Origin: Candidatus Melainabacteria bacterium
Lineage (GTDB): Bacteria > Cyanobacteriota > Vampirovibrionia > Obscuribacterales > Obscuribacteraceae
Direction: 5' to 3'
NCBI GenBank assembly: GCA_003963305.1
Contig: RXJR01000003.1
Span: 113,706 to 177,705 of the forward strand
Length of the DNA: 64,000 nucleotides
The notes under the pieces were generated by a model. It was not told the DNA's origin, did no database searches, and saw only the letters and a program-made list of their open reading frames with translations. Below, one piece after another: positions 18,945 to 27,670 of the stretch (positions within the stretch are counted from its first letter, which is position 1; each line of letters starts with the position of its first letter). Position numbers and translations under genes: made by a program.

Positions 18945-20030
18945 TCAAGGCTCTAGTGGGCGTGCCACCATGATTCCTATGTTGTTTTTTGACCATTTCA
19001 GTGCCCCACTGATTGGACCAGGTTCAATTGTCACTTTCATGTTGATTTTTTTTGAGGAGGCATCCATGAAATGTGGGACGCCATCTTTGTCTCGATAGAT
19101 GATTCCCGTATGAACAATGTCCAACCCTGGCTGGTCTGTGCAGATTCCCACGATATCTCCTGTTTGCAACAATGGTTCAATCGAGGCTATCTTGTCCATC
19201 GGTACAAAATTCAGATGTCGTTTATTGATTTGCGATTCCTGGTTTTTGATTGTGGCGACAAATTCTGGATGCTCAACCAGCACGGGATAACTTTGCGGAT
19301 GGGAGGACATAAAGCTTACTTTGGATGGAAATGTCTGCTCGCCGGGTAGTTTTTGCAATAACTCAACAACATGCTTTTTCTGGTTGTCGTGATACCAGTC
19401 TGTCGTGTAGTGCAGTCTGCATGTGTAATCAGTCGGTTTGCCGCCCCGGTAGCGGGTATAGGTCACTTCTTTCAGTAGTGCCTCTGGCGTCGGGTTACCC
19501 TTTTTGATTATTCTGGCGAGGTCGAGCGTCGATTCAAAAAATGTGACGCAATCCAGTGCGCTCAAATCAACTGTGCAAACTTCTTTTTTGGTGTTTCGGT
19601 CAAGAACTCCTCCCACATAGGGAGTTCCTTCCAACTCGGTCGCTATTTTGCCCATCAGCTCTCCAATCGGAAGCTTTTGCCAATCTTCCTTTTCTGATTT
19701 AGCAACTATGCGATTGAATACTCTTACAGACGGTGCGCTATTTTGAACCTCATCTGAAAGTGACGGTGCAGGCGTCGTCAATGCGCCAAGAATTACTGAA
19801 AATGTAAGCAGCGCCGCTTTAAGAATTTGACCGGAGAAGCGGGATGCGGGTAGCAAACTCGTCGGTAAAATACGGAACGCTGCAAGGCGATCGTCTTGAC
19901 GTTTCTTCCGGGGCATGACTGTAACCACTGTTCGCCCTTGCCTGTGGATTTGGAGCTGCATTTTTTGCATCGATAATTGACCGGGCACGCAATCTAACCG
20001 AGTTATTATACTTGATTCGAACTGATACAC
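18945..20030 (-). CDS. DUF1460-like (N-acetylmuramoyl-L-alanine amidase-like) secreted protein
   Basis: Motif LSALDCVTFFESTLDLARI, recalled as typical of DUF1460. A hydrophobic signal/anchor ILKAALLTFSVILGALTT suggests the true start may be the internal Met near 19916. Confidence 0.55.
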   Translation of the reverse strand: MYQFESSIITRLDCVPGQLSMQKMQLQIHRQGRTVVTVMPRKKRQDDRLAAFRILPTSLLPASRFSGQILKAALLTFSVILGALTTPAPSLSDEVQNSAPSVRVFNRIVAKSEKEDWQKLPIGELMGKIATELEGTPYVGGVLDRNTKKEVCTVDLSALDCVTFFESTLDLARIIKKGNPTPEALLKEVTYTRYRGGKPTDYTCRLHYTTDWYHDNQKKHVVELLQKLPGEQTFPSKVSFMSSHPQSYPVLVEHPEFVATIKNQESQINKRHLNFVPMDKIASIEPLLQTGDIVGICTDQPGLDIVHTGIIYRDKDGVPHFMDASSKKINMKVTIEPGPISGALKWSKNNIGIMVARPLEP

Positions 20031-20059
20031 TTACGTTTTGGCGGTGTTATTGATATCTG

Positions 20060-20518
20060 GTGGTCGTTCCTGGCATGAGCAGTCCGTTAGCGTCGGTGTT
20101 TTCTATTGCATTGCCAATTGCTGGTGTGACTATGCTTGGTATCGGTATCGGACACATTTACATCGCTAAGTTGCTGAATTGGAAGGAAGAATTAAAGACG
20201 CTTTCACACGTCAACGAAGGTGTCTTCTATGCGCATGCGACATTCGTTGTAGCTGTTTTGATGTCTTTCGGAATAGCCCTTGTGGTAGCGCCCTCGGTGC
20301 TCATCACCAGGTCAGCGCCTGCCATGATTTTAAGTGGATGCTTTGCTCTTTGTTGGCTGAGCCGATTAGTGTTTCAGTTGATCACATTGCGTGAGAAGAT
20401 CCATAACGATGGGCGCATTGACTTCGCCTGGCGAATTTTGGGTACGCTGTTGTGGATTTTCTACGCTGTTCTGTTTTCTGTTTTGTTTGTTTATCAATGT
20501 GGATTTCTGGGTGATTGA
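20060..20518 (+). CDS. Small integral membrane protein (4 predicted TM helices), unknown function
   Basis: 152-aa ORF with four hydrophobic stretches. Its stop overlaps the TTG start of the next gene (aTTGA). Confidence 0.5.
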   Translation: MVVPGMSSPLASVFSIALPIAGVTMLGIGIGHIYIAKLLNWKEELKTLSHVNEGVFYAHATFVVAVLMSFGIALVVAPSVLITRSAPAMILSGCFALCWLSRLVFQLITLREKIHNDGRIDFAWRILGTLLWIFYAVLFSVLFVYQCGFLGD

Positions 20519-22590
20519 GAGTGACACTTCCCGTTGAACAATTTTTGAAGATTTCTGGTCCGAATTTTGTTCATGGGCGGGTCTTTTACACGGTAAATTT
20601 TGTGAAAACAACTCTTCTTATTTTACTTGTCTTACTGTTTGCCTTCGGAAGCCCTGCTGATGCAGCCAGTCATGACAGTAAAGTGGAATCAGGTGCTTTG
20701 TTTCACGATCAGGGACCCGTTTTTGTCAGCACTAATGAACCGAGCATCACCGCGCCTGTTGTAGTTCGATTGCGGGCCGCTAAGAATGACCTGACTGCAG
20801 CTACGCTCGAATACTTTGATTCGAAGGATCGAAGCTTGCATAAGGTTCCGATGACGAAAGAGATTGCTCAGTCGAATTCTACATTCGAATTTTGGAGTGG
20901 AACGATTCCAGCCAGTTCCGCCAGGAAACATTATCGATTCTGCGCACAAGATGGTCAAATCCGGGTTTGGTATAACGCGCACGGCGTGAGCCAACACGGC
21001 ATGAATGGATCCGAATCATCTGACGGCGATTTCTATGTGATCCCGGGTTTTAAAACTCCGGACTGGCTGAAAAATGGTGTGATTTACCAGATTTTTCCTG
21101 ATCGCTTTTGTAATGGCGACACCGGCAACGATGTCGCCACGGGTCAATACAAGTATCGATCAGCTTCGACTTTGCAGCGGCAGTGGGGAGAAAGCCCACT
21201 CACTACAGACGGTGACGAGCGATCCTTTACTTTCTATGGCGGTGATTTGGTCGGTGTTATCAAAAAACTAGACTACATTCGCGCGACACTGGGCGCAGAC
21301 ATAGTTTATTTGAATCCTATTTTCAAAGCACCGAGCAATCATAAATACGATACTGCTGATTACGATGTGGTAGATCCTGCGTTCGGGTCAAACTCTACTT
21401 TAGTTAGTCTATCTACAGCTTTGCATAAAAACTTGAATGGTAGACGGGGTTATCTTGTTCTTGATGGGGTTTTTAATCACACTGGTGATGGGCACAAGTG
21501 GTTTGGAAAGTATGACCCGCTGCCTGGTGTGGTCGGCGCTTACCAGTCGCAGAAGAGTCCATATTTTTCCTATTACAATTTCAATCAATGGCCAACTGAT
21601 TATGCTCACTTCATGGTGTATGACAGCTTGCCGAAGTTGAATTTCGGCTCTGCTCAACTGCGCAATGCTATTTATCGGTCACCAAATTCGGTGGCGTTGA
21701 AGTACTTGAAGGCGCCATATAATATCGATGGTTGGCGATTAGATGCTCCTAAATATGCCGATGCTAATGGACAGGATGGAAGTGACAAATTCAATCATAT
21801 GATCTGGCGTCAGTTTAGAGCTGCGGTCAAATCTGTTAAGCCGGAGGCTGCGATTCTGGGCGAGAATTGGGAAAATGCCAGGTCGTGGATTGTTGGTGGC
21901 GATCAGTGGGATTCAGTCACGAACTTCAACGCGTTTACCGCTCCAGTCTCCCAGTGGATCACTGGCAAGAAGATTGATGACAGTCCTGGGGCTCTTTCAA
22001 CGTCTGAGTTCGAAAAAATGCTGCGTTTGACCAGAGCTGAGTATCCATCGAATGTGCAGCAGGTATTGAGTAACCATTTGTCGAACCACGACATCAGTCG
22101 ATTTGCTCAGCGGGCTGGTGGTGATATCGGAAAAACGTCTCTGGCATTAATATTCCAAATGACTTACGTTGGCACGCCGACAATTTATTATGGTGATGAG
22201 TACGGCATGATGGGCGGTGGAGATCCCGATTGTCGGCGCACGTTCGATTGGTCTAAGGTTGCGCCTGACAACAGCACTGTGGCGTTGACGCATAAATTGA
22301 TTTCAATTCGAAACAGATATCCGGCTTTGCGGACAGGTTCGTTTATAACTCTGAAAGTTGATGATGACAAAAGCGTTTTCGTGTTCGGGCGGTTTGATAA
22401 ACAGAATCGAATCGCGGTCGTACTGAACAATTCAAGCAGTGATAAATCTGTAGCAGTGCCATTGAACAGGCTCGACATACCTGATGGTGCCGTAGTGAAG
22501 GACGTACTGAATGGCACTATATACCAAGTGCATTCTGGGAACATATCGATAACAGTACCCGGGCATTATGGTGCTATTCTTGTTCATTAG
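20515..22590 (+). CDS. GH13 alpha-amylase-family glycoside hydrolase (neopullulanase/cyclomaltodextrinase-like), probably secreted
   Basis: GH13 conserved regions VLDGVFNHTG (I), GWRLDAPKY (II), LGENWE (III), NHLSNHDISRF (IV), plus YQIFPDRFCNGD. A signal-like VKTTLLILLVLLFAFGSPADA suggests an alternative GTG start at 20602. Confidence 0.9.
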   Translation: MRVTLPVEQFLKISGPNFVHGRVFYTVNFVKTTLLILLVLLFAFGSPADAASHDSKVESGALFHDQGPVFVSTNEPSITAPVVVRLRAAKNDLTAATLEYFDSKDRSLHKVPMTKEIAQSNSTFEFWSGTIPASSARKHYRFCAQDGQIRVWYNAHGVSQHGMNGSESSDGDFYVIPGFKTPDWLKNGVIYQIFPDRFCNGDTGNDVATGQYKYRSASTLQRQWGESPLTTDGDERSFTFYGGDLVGVIKKLDYIRATLGADIVYLNPIFKAPSNHKYDTADYDVVDPAFGSNSTLVSLSTALHKNLNGRRGYLVLDGVFNHTGDGHKWFGKYDPLPGVVGAYQSQKSPYFSYYNFNQWPTDYAHFMVYDSLPKLNFGSAQLRNAIYRSPNSVALKYLKAPYNIDGWRLDAPKYADANGQDGSDKFNHMIWRQFRAAVKSVKPEAAILGENWENARSWIVGGDQWDSVTNFNAFTAPVSQWITGKKIDDSPGALSTSEFEKMLRLTRAEYPSNVQQVLSNHLSNHDISRFAQRAGGDIGKTSLALIFQMTYVGTPTIYYGDEYGMMGGGDPDCRRTFDWSKVAPDNSTVALTHKLISIRNRYPALRTGSFITLKVDDDKSVFVFGRFDKQNRIAVVLNNSSSDKSVAVPLNRLDIPDGAVVKDVLNGTIYQVHSGNISITVPGHYGAILVH

Positions 22591-22747
22591 TTAGTTAGTT
22601 GCTACGCATTAGTAAGTTACGAGCACTAGTAAGTTACCGAGCATTAGTAAGTTACCGAGCATTAGTAAGTTACCGAGCATTAGTAAGTTCCGAACATTAG
22701 TAAGTTACCGAGCATTAGTAAGTTCCGAACATTAGTGAGCTACCGAG
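22585..22747. repeat. Tandem array of about 9 direct repeats of 17-18 bp (consensus cattagtaagttaccgag), non-coding
   Basis: Units read at 22607, 22624, 22642, 22660, 22678, 22695, 22713 and 22730, plus a degenerate first unit (22585) that contains the amylase stop codon. Each unit carries TAG and TAA. Confidence 0.95.
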
Positions 22748-22788
22748 CATCAGACTATCCAGATACCCGACGAGAACCTCCTCAACTC

Positions 22789-23337
22789 ATGAAATATTCA
22801 TTCAATATTCAAGCAAACAACGGCAAACGTGATTACTCGGGCAAGCTTGTGATTGGAGCTTTCAGCAATGAGAGCGGCGACACCATAGCTCTCAAGCTGT
22901 TGGCGTATCTCATGTTTATTCACAGAAGTCCTCAGCTTGATGAAGATATAAGTTGGAGTTTCATTCCGGATCTGGTGGCAAGAGATCGGGATGGAGAGAT
23001 TTGTGTTGTTGTTGATTGCGGCACTGTATCAGCAAAAAAGGCTGATGCTATTGCCACCAAGGTGCGCGACCGAATCGATTACTATGTGTTCAGAAAAACT
23101 TTGCGCGAAATGGAAGAGTTCTATAAACAGATAAAAGATAAGGTCAAGCATATTCAGAACATCAAGTGCATCAGCTTTGACGAAGATTTTGTCGATGGTA
23201 TTGGCGCCAATCTCGATCGCACCAATGAATTGGAAGCTTATGTCGGCGAAGACATGATCACAATTACAATAACGAATTCGTTTGGAAAACACGAAGAATA
23301 CTCAACGCTGCATCGTATCGAGGAAGGCGAAGACTAG
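22789..23337 (+). CDS. YaeQ-like protein (PD-(D/E)XK-fold family), divergent
   Basis: Recalled E. coli YaeQ aligns by eye. ALKLLAYLMF matches RLLAWLKY. PDLVARDRDGEICVVVDCG...KKADAIATK matches DEPEAW..GIDLWIELG...RRIKKA. ISFDEDFVDGI...LEAYVGEDMITITI matches the C-terminal YaeQ block. Start moved to ATG 22789 because the track GTG (22735) lies inside the repeat array. Confidence 0.5.
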   Translation: MKYSFNIQANNGKRDYSGKLVIGAFSNESGDTIALKLLAYLMFIHRSPQLDEDISWSFIPDLVARDRDGEICVVVDCGTVSAKKADAIATKVRDRIDYYVFRKTLREMEEFYKQIKDKVKHIQNIKCISFDEDFVDGIGANLDRTNELEAYVGEDMITITITNSFGKHEEYSTLHRIEEGED

Positions 23338-23344
23338 CAGTCTC

Positions 23345-24346
23345 CTAGCTTATGGAAAGCAGCTCCACGCCTGAGTTGGTCGTGGCTGCTGACCAGGTGC
23401 TCACCTTCAGTTCCGGCCAGTCACTCCAACCGTTGATACCGCTACTTTGTTCTTCCGTTAGTTTGCTTTGAATGAGCCTGGATTGTTGATCATTCTCTGT
23501 TAGAACATAGAGCGTCGGACCGCTTCCTGTCAGTCTTGTGCAATAGCCCCCCAGCTGGCTGAGTCTGGAGGCTATGAATTTTAGCTCTGGTTTCCGCGCA
23601 AAGACGCTGGTTTCAAAAGCATTTCCAAATGTTTGTGCGATTGATTTTTGATTGCCGGTTGCCATGGCTGCTGCGCAGTCCTGGGCGGATATTCGAGTGT
23701 GATTACTGGCTTTGTCTTCGTCATAGGCGCGGTAGACTTCTGGTGTGCTCATGCCGAAAAGCTTCGGCCCTACGATCAAAAATGACAGCTGCGCGGCGCT
23801 ATCGATTTTTCTTAAAACGTCTCCCCGCTGGCTTCCTATCTGAGTTCCACCATCGATGAAAAATGGGACATCGGCGCCCAGTTTTGCTGCCATAGTCCCT
23901 AGCTCGTAGGCTGAAAAAATCTTGCCGAAGCATTCGTTTAGAACGACTAGTGTTGCTGCGGCATTACCGCTGCCACCGCCCATACCACCAGCTACAGGAA
24001 TCGATTTGATTAGTTTTACTTGACCATGGTAATTCTTTTCGAGAGCAGGAGTCTTTTGTGAAACACGCTCATAGAAAAGTTTTGCTGCTTTGATGATCAA
24101 GTTGTTCTGGTCTACCGGAACATCCGATTTATTCTCTGCGAATTCAATCGCGTCAATAGTTAGTGAGAAGTGTTCTGCGGGCTTGAAAGTAAAGGTCATT
24201 TCGTCATAGATGCTCACTGTTTGCATGAGCGTTTCGACCTCGTGGTATCCGCCCGGCAAATCTCCAAGGATATCGAAGGTGAGATTCAATTTGCCCGGAG
24301 AACGCACTTTCAGCGTCTTGATACTCAGTGCATCTGGTTGCGTCAT
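23345..24346 (-). CDS. ispE: 4-diphosphocytidyl-2-C-methyl-D-erythritol kinase (MEP pathway)
   Basis: N-terminal SPGKLNLTFDILG and GHMP kinase motif PVAGGMGGGSGNAAA. Has a somewhat extended C-terminus. Confidence 0.9.
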   Translation of the reverse strand: MTQPDALSIKTLKVRSPGKLNLTFDILGDLPGGYHEVETLMQTVSIYDEMTFTFKPAEHFSLTIDAIEFAENKSDVPVDQNNLIIKAAKLFYERVSQKTPALEKNYHGQVKLIKSIPVAGGMGGGSGNAAATLVVLNECFGKIFSAYELGTMAAKLGADVPFFIDGGTQIGSQRGDVLRKIDSAAQLSFLIVGPKLFGMSTPEVYRAYDEDKASNHTRISAQDCAAAMATGNQKSIAQTFGNAFETSVFARKPELKFIASRLSQLGGYCTRLTGSGPTLYVLTENDQQSRLIQSKLTEEQSSGINGWSDWPELKVSTWSAATTNSGVELLSIS

Positions 24347-24381
24347 CGCTCTGATTCTTTCCGTTCTGGCTTCAGTGAGTT

Positions 24382-25209
24382 TTAGTTTGCTTTGACTAGA
24401 GCATCGAGCAAATCTGTCAGTCTGGCGAACTGCTGCAGCGATAGCCGTTCCGCACGTGTTTGTGGGTCCAGATTCATCTCCTGGAACACTTTGTCGAGTT
24501 CAGCCAGCGGTTGCTTCAAGAAAGATAGATTGTTGCGCAGCATTTTCCGTTTTTGTCCGAAGCCGGCCTTGATCACCTGACGCAACAACTTATGGTTGTT
24601 GCATTCAATAGGTGGTTCCTTGAGCGGCGTGAAGGCAACAACCGCAGAAGTTACTTTGGGTGCAGGATAGAAGCTGTCCGGCGGCAGTACATATAGGATC
24701 TCAGCATCTGAGAAGTATTTGGTCAGCAATGTAATCTTGCTGTATTCGCTCGTGCCTGGTTTTGCAACAAAACGCTCTGCCACTTCCTTTTGGACGGTCA
24801 GAACAACCTTGTCCACGTTATGAAACCATGGCGATGGTGCGCCTATTTCTCCGAAGATGTAACAGAGGATGGGCGTTGTTATTTGATAGGGGACGTTTCC
24901 TGCAATCTTCAAGTGAGCTGGTTGGCTGGCTAGATCAAACTGCAGAAAGTCTTGCTGATGCACTGTGACATTCGGCAGCGCAAGATCTTTTAGATTGATA
25001 CAGCACTCCCAGTCCAGTTCCACTACATGTAAGTTGGCGCCCTTAGTCGATAGGAATCGAGTTAAAAATCCAATGCCGGGTCCAATTTCTAAGACGTTGT
25101 CACCAGATGCAATATCAAGAGCATCTGTGATGTTCTGCAGCGCCTCGGGGTCGATGAGGAAATTCTGTCCCAGACGTTTCTTCGTGTGGAACTTCGACGC
25201 CAACCTCAT
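24382..25209 (-). CDS. rsmA: 16S rRNA (adenine1518/1519-N6)-dimethyltransferase
   Basis: KKRLGQNFLIDP hallmark and SAM-binding VLEIGPGIGFLT. 275 aa. Confidence 0.92.
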   Translation of the reverse strand: MRLASKFHTKKRLGQNFLIDPEALQNITDALDIASGDNVLEIGPGIGFLTRFLSTKGANLHVVELDWECCINLKDLALPNVTVHQQDFLQFDLASQPAHLKIAGNVPYQITTPILCYIFGEIGAPSPWFHNVDKVVLTVQKEVAERFVAKPGTSEYSKITLLTKYFSDAEILYVLPPDSFYPAPKVTSAVVAFTPLKEPPIECNNHKLLRQVIKAGFGQKRKMLRNNLSFLKQPLAELDKVFQEMNLDPQTRAERLSLQQFARLTDLLDALVKAN

Positions 25210-25251
25210 CAGGTCGATGCGAGTAGGAAGTGCTGCCGATGACGTACTCAG

Positions 25252-26583
25252 TTAGCTGGCCTCCAGCGACTTCGCAGCGTTCGGCTTTGAAGGAGGCAAG
25301 TCTATCTTGTTGCCGTTATTTTCAGGAGCGCCATCTTCCTGGACCGGGTGACGAATCAATCGTAACTTGATGATGCGGTGGCGGTCAGACTCTTCTACAC
25401 GCAGGGTGTAGTTCTCCGTTTTCACTTCGTCTCCAATCGATGGCTCATGACCGAGAGCACCAAAAACGTGTCCTCCCAATGTATTGAATACCTCATCATC
25501 GATTCCGAGGTCGAGCTTGTCGTTGGCTTCGTATAGTGTCAGTTTTGCATCCAACAAGGCCGATCCGTCTGGTTCTTCTATGATGAATTCCTCTACCACT
25601 TCGTGCTCGTCGGCGATATCGCCTACAAGCTCTTCCAGCAGGTCTTCAAACGTGGCCATACCGCGGGTGCCACCATATTCATCGATAACGATGGCCATGT
25701 GTGTTTTGGTTTTCTTGAATTCAGTCAGCAAGTCACCCAAATTTTTGTTTTCTGGAACAATCAAAACCTTTCGCACCAGCTCTCTTACTTGAGCGGAATC
25801 TTTCTTCTCGACCATGGCGCGCAAGCCGTCGCGGATATGAACGGCTCCAAAGATGCTGTCCAGATCTGTTTCGTAGACAGGAATTCTCGAGTGTCCTTTC
25901 TCTAGTGCGAGATCGACGAATTCACGCACCGTTGCATTTGCAGAGACACAAGTCATGTCGGTTCTGGGTGTCATGATTTCGCTTGCAACCGTGTCGGAGA
26001 AATCAAAAACACTGTGCAACATTTCCTCTTCTTCCGGCTCGAGGACGCCTTCTTCGTGACTTGCCGAAACGAGCATCTTCAACTCTTCTTCAGAGTGAAC
26101 GAAGTGACGACGAGGAGGTTCGACAACGTTCATGCGGCGCAATATGAATTCGGTTGTTCCGTTCAAAACGATAATGAAAGGAGAAGCTATCCAGCACCAC
26201 CATTCCATCGGGTAGATGATCAGGAACAGTACAGACTCAGCGCGCTGGAATGTCCATGTCTTCGGTATCAACTCACCAAAAACGGTTTGGCAAAATGCTG
26301 TGATTACAAACGAGAAGCCGAAGCAGAACAGTCTGGCAAAGTGCAGAATTTCCGGCGACCAGGCGGCAAGCGCGCCCCAGTGCTCGAACATATCCGCAAG
26401 TTTGTCGGCGAAACTGGCTTCGCCCGCAGCACCCAAAGCCAGAGTCGCTAATGTGATGCCGAGCTGGCAAGCCGAGATAAAGCGATCGGGGTCTTCTAAG
26501 TGGACCTGGACGAGTTTTGCTGCTTTGTTGCCTTCGTCGACAAGCTGGTCGATGCGAGTACGGCGAACACGAGCCAATCCCAT
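25252..26583 (-). CDS. CNNM/DUF21-CBS-CorC_HlyC family membrane protein (hemolysin/TlyC/CorC-like); 5' end unresolved
   Basis: CBS pair (EIMTPRTDM; MAIVIDEYGGTRGMATFEDLLEELVGDI) and CorC_HlyC C-terminal domain. The frame stays open upstream to 26676 and encodes ILEFSLIVILIAINAFFVAAE, which looks like DUF21 TM1, without an in-frame ATG/GTG/TTG (see finding). Confidence 0.85.
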   Translation of the reverse strand: MGLARVRRTRIDQLVDEGNKAAKLVQVHLEDPDRFISACQLGITLATLALGAAGEASFADKLADMFEHWGALAAWSPEILHFARLFCFGFSFVITAFCQTVFGELIPKTWTFQRAESVLFLIIYPMEWWCWIASPFIIVLNGTTEFILRRMNVVEPPRRHFVHSEEELKMLVSASHEEGVLEPEEEEMLHSVFDFSDTVASEIMTPRTDMTCVSANATVREFVDLALEKGHSRIPVYETDLDSIFGAVHIRDGLRAMVEKKDSAQVRELVRKVLIVPENKNLGDLLTEFKKTKTHMAIVIDEYGGTRGMATFEDLLEELVGDIADEHEVVEEFIIEEPDGSALLDAKLTLYEANDKLDLGIDDEVFNTLGGHVFGALGHEPSIGDEVKTENYTLRVEESDRHRIIKLRLIRHPVQEDGAPENNGNKIDLPPSKPNAAKSLEAS

Positions 26584-26700
26584 TTCCGCGGCTACGAAAA
26601 ATGCATTTATCGCTATAAGTATGACGATGAGGCTAAATTCTAAAATGGCAAAATCTGCATCGCACTGTTGCGATGGCTAGCTCCTTTCACTAATCACAGT

Positions 26701-26739
26701 AGAAACAAAAGAACCGACGCAGCGTGTTACCGGTCGGTT
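26701..26739 (-). terminator. Terminator/attenuator-like hairpin in the leader of the CNNM gene
   Basis: Minus strand AACCGAC-14 nt-GTCGGTT followed by CTTTTGTTTCT. The T-tract ends about 13 nt (26688-26700) upstream of an AAAGGAG Shine-Dalgarno-like motif at 26681-26687. Confidence 0.35.
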
Positions 26740-26840
26740 TGCTTGCAGACGTATGAAGACGTGATTCCAAAACCAAAAGACGCCCCTGGGGAGGTTCTTC
26801 GGGATTTGAGGTGGTGCTGCTACTTTGAGGATCGTCCATA

Positions 26841-26868
26841 CAAATAAAACGCTGGCTACGGCAGCCAG
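26841..26868 (-). terminator. Second terminator-like hairpin further upstream in the same leader
   Basis: Minus strand CTGGCT-gccgt-AGCCAG followed by CGTTTTATTTGT. There is no convincing minus-strand gene upstream that it could terminate. Confidence 0.35.
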
Positions 26869-27141
26869 AAACACGGATTAAGACTGATCCTACCATAACG
26901 TTAGCCCCGCATAATCAAGCAGAGAGGCGTCAACGTAGTAGTAGTGCGCTTCTTGAGCAGACGAAGGGGGTCCAAAATGATTTTAAGGCGATATCAGTTT
27001 AAGTTTACGAATACCTGCCTCGCAGCGCCTGGAACTGCCACCAGCTGAGGCTTTTAGGTTTGCTTACCAAGAAATTATGAGATTGCCAAGTAGTGCTGGG
27101 TGCGTGGCATGCGATAATTTGCCCGTCTCGCGCTTGGGTTC

Positions 27142-27666
27142 TTGAGTATGCGACTTTTTTCGCTGAATCTGACATCAATCTCGGCAGTATTCCTGGTGTT
27201 GGCTGCACTCCCAGCAGTTGCGACCGGTCCCAATGGTGCTACCGCTGTGCCTTTGGGCGTTTCTTCGACCTGGTCAGGCGATACTATTAATCATTCAGTT
27301 TCTGATAATTCTGGACGGCAGCTTGCTGTGGCTATTCCGGTCGCGCCGTCAATGAATGTCAAGGTGCCGGGTTCAGCTGGTAGGCTCGTTAAACCTGCTC
27401 CAAAAAAAGGACAGGTGCTCAAAATTACCGTGCCGGCGTCTGTTGATGAGACTGCCGATGTCTGCCGGGTTGGTTTGAAGCGCTTCAGTACAGTTGGGCA
27501 GCAGAAGGCTAAAGAGCTCTGCCAGTGGGCGCTGGCCTTCCACAAACAAATGACTCAAACTCCTGTCATGACGCCGCTGGGGGGACCGTACCCTACCCCT
27601 ACATACGCGGAAACAAAGCTCTACTACACCAGTGAAGGGCGTTTGAAGACTGTCGTTAAGCGCTGA
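27142..27666 (+). CDS. Hypothetical secreted protein
   Basis: 174-aa ORF with signal peptide MSMRLFSLNLTSISAVFLVLAALPAVATG. No recognisable domain. Confidence 0.45.
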   Translation: MSMRLFSLNLTSISAVFLVLAALPAVATGPNGATAVPLGVSSTWSGDTINHSVSDNSGRQLAVAIPVAPSMNVKVPGSAGRLVKPAPKKGQVLKITVPASVDETADVCRVGLKRFSTVGQQKAKELCQWALAFHKQMTQTPVMTPLGGPYPTPTYAETKLYYTSEGRLKTVVKR

Positions 27667-27670
27667 CCAA

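Noticed and set aside
22585-22747. Possible CRISPR array (regular short direct repeats)
   Set aside because: The repeats are contiguous with no unique spacers, the units are only 17-18 bp, and no cas genes are nearby. It is a simple tandem repeat.
26677-26896. Two minus-strand ORFs (65 and 68 aa) upstream of the CNNM gene
   Set aside because: They span two terminator-like hairpins, have no RBS and give implausible products. I treated them as part of the leader.
26740-26900. M-box (Mg2+) riboswitch in the CNNM leader
   Set aside because: There is only a vague resemblance (gttatggtaggat versus GUUAGGUGAGG). The multi-helix M-box architecture and the conserved 3' block are not present, as far as I can judge from memory.
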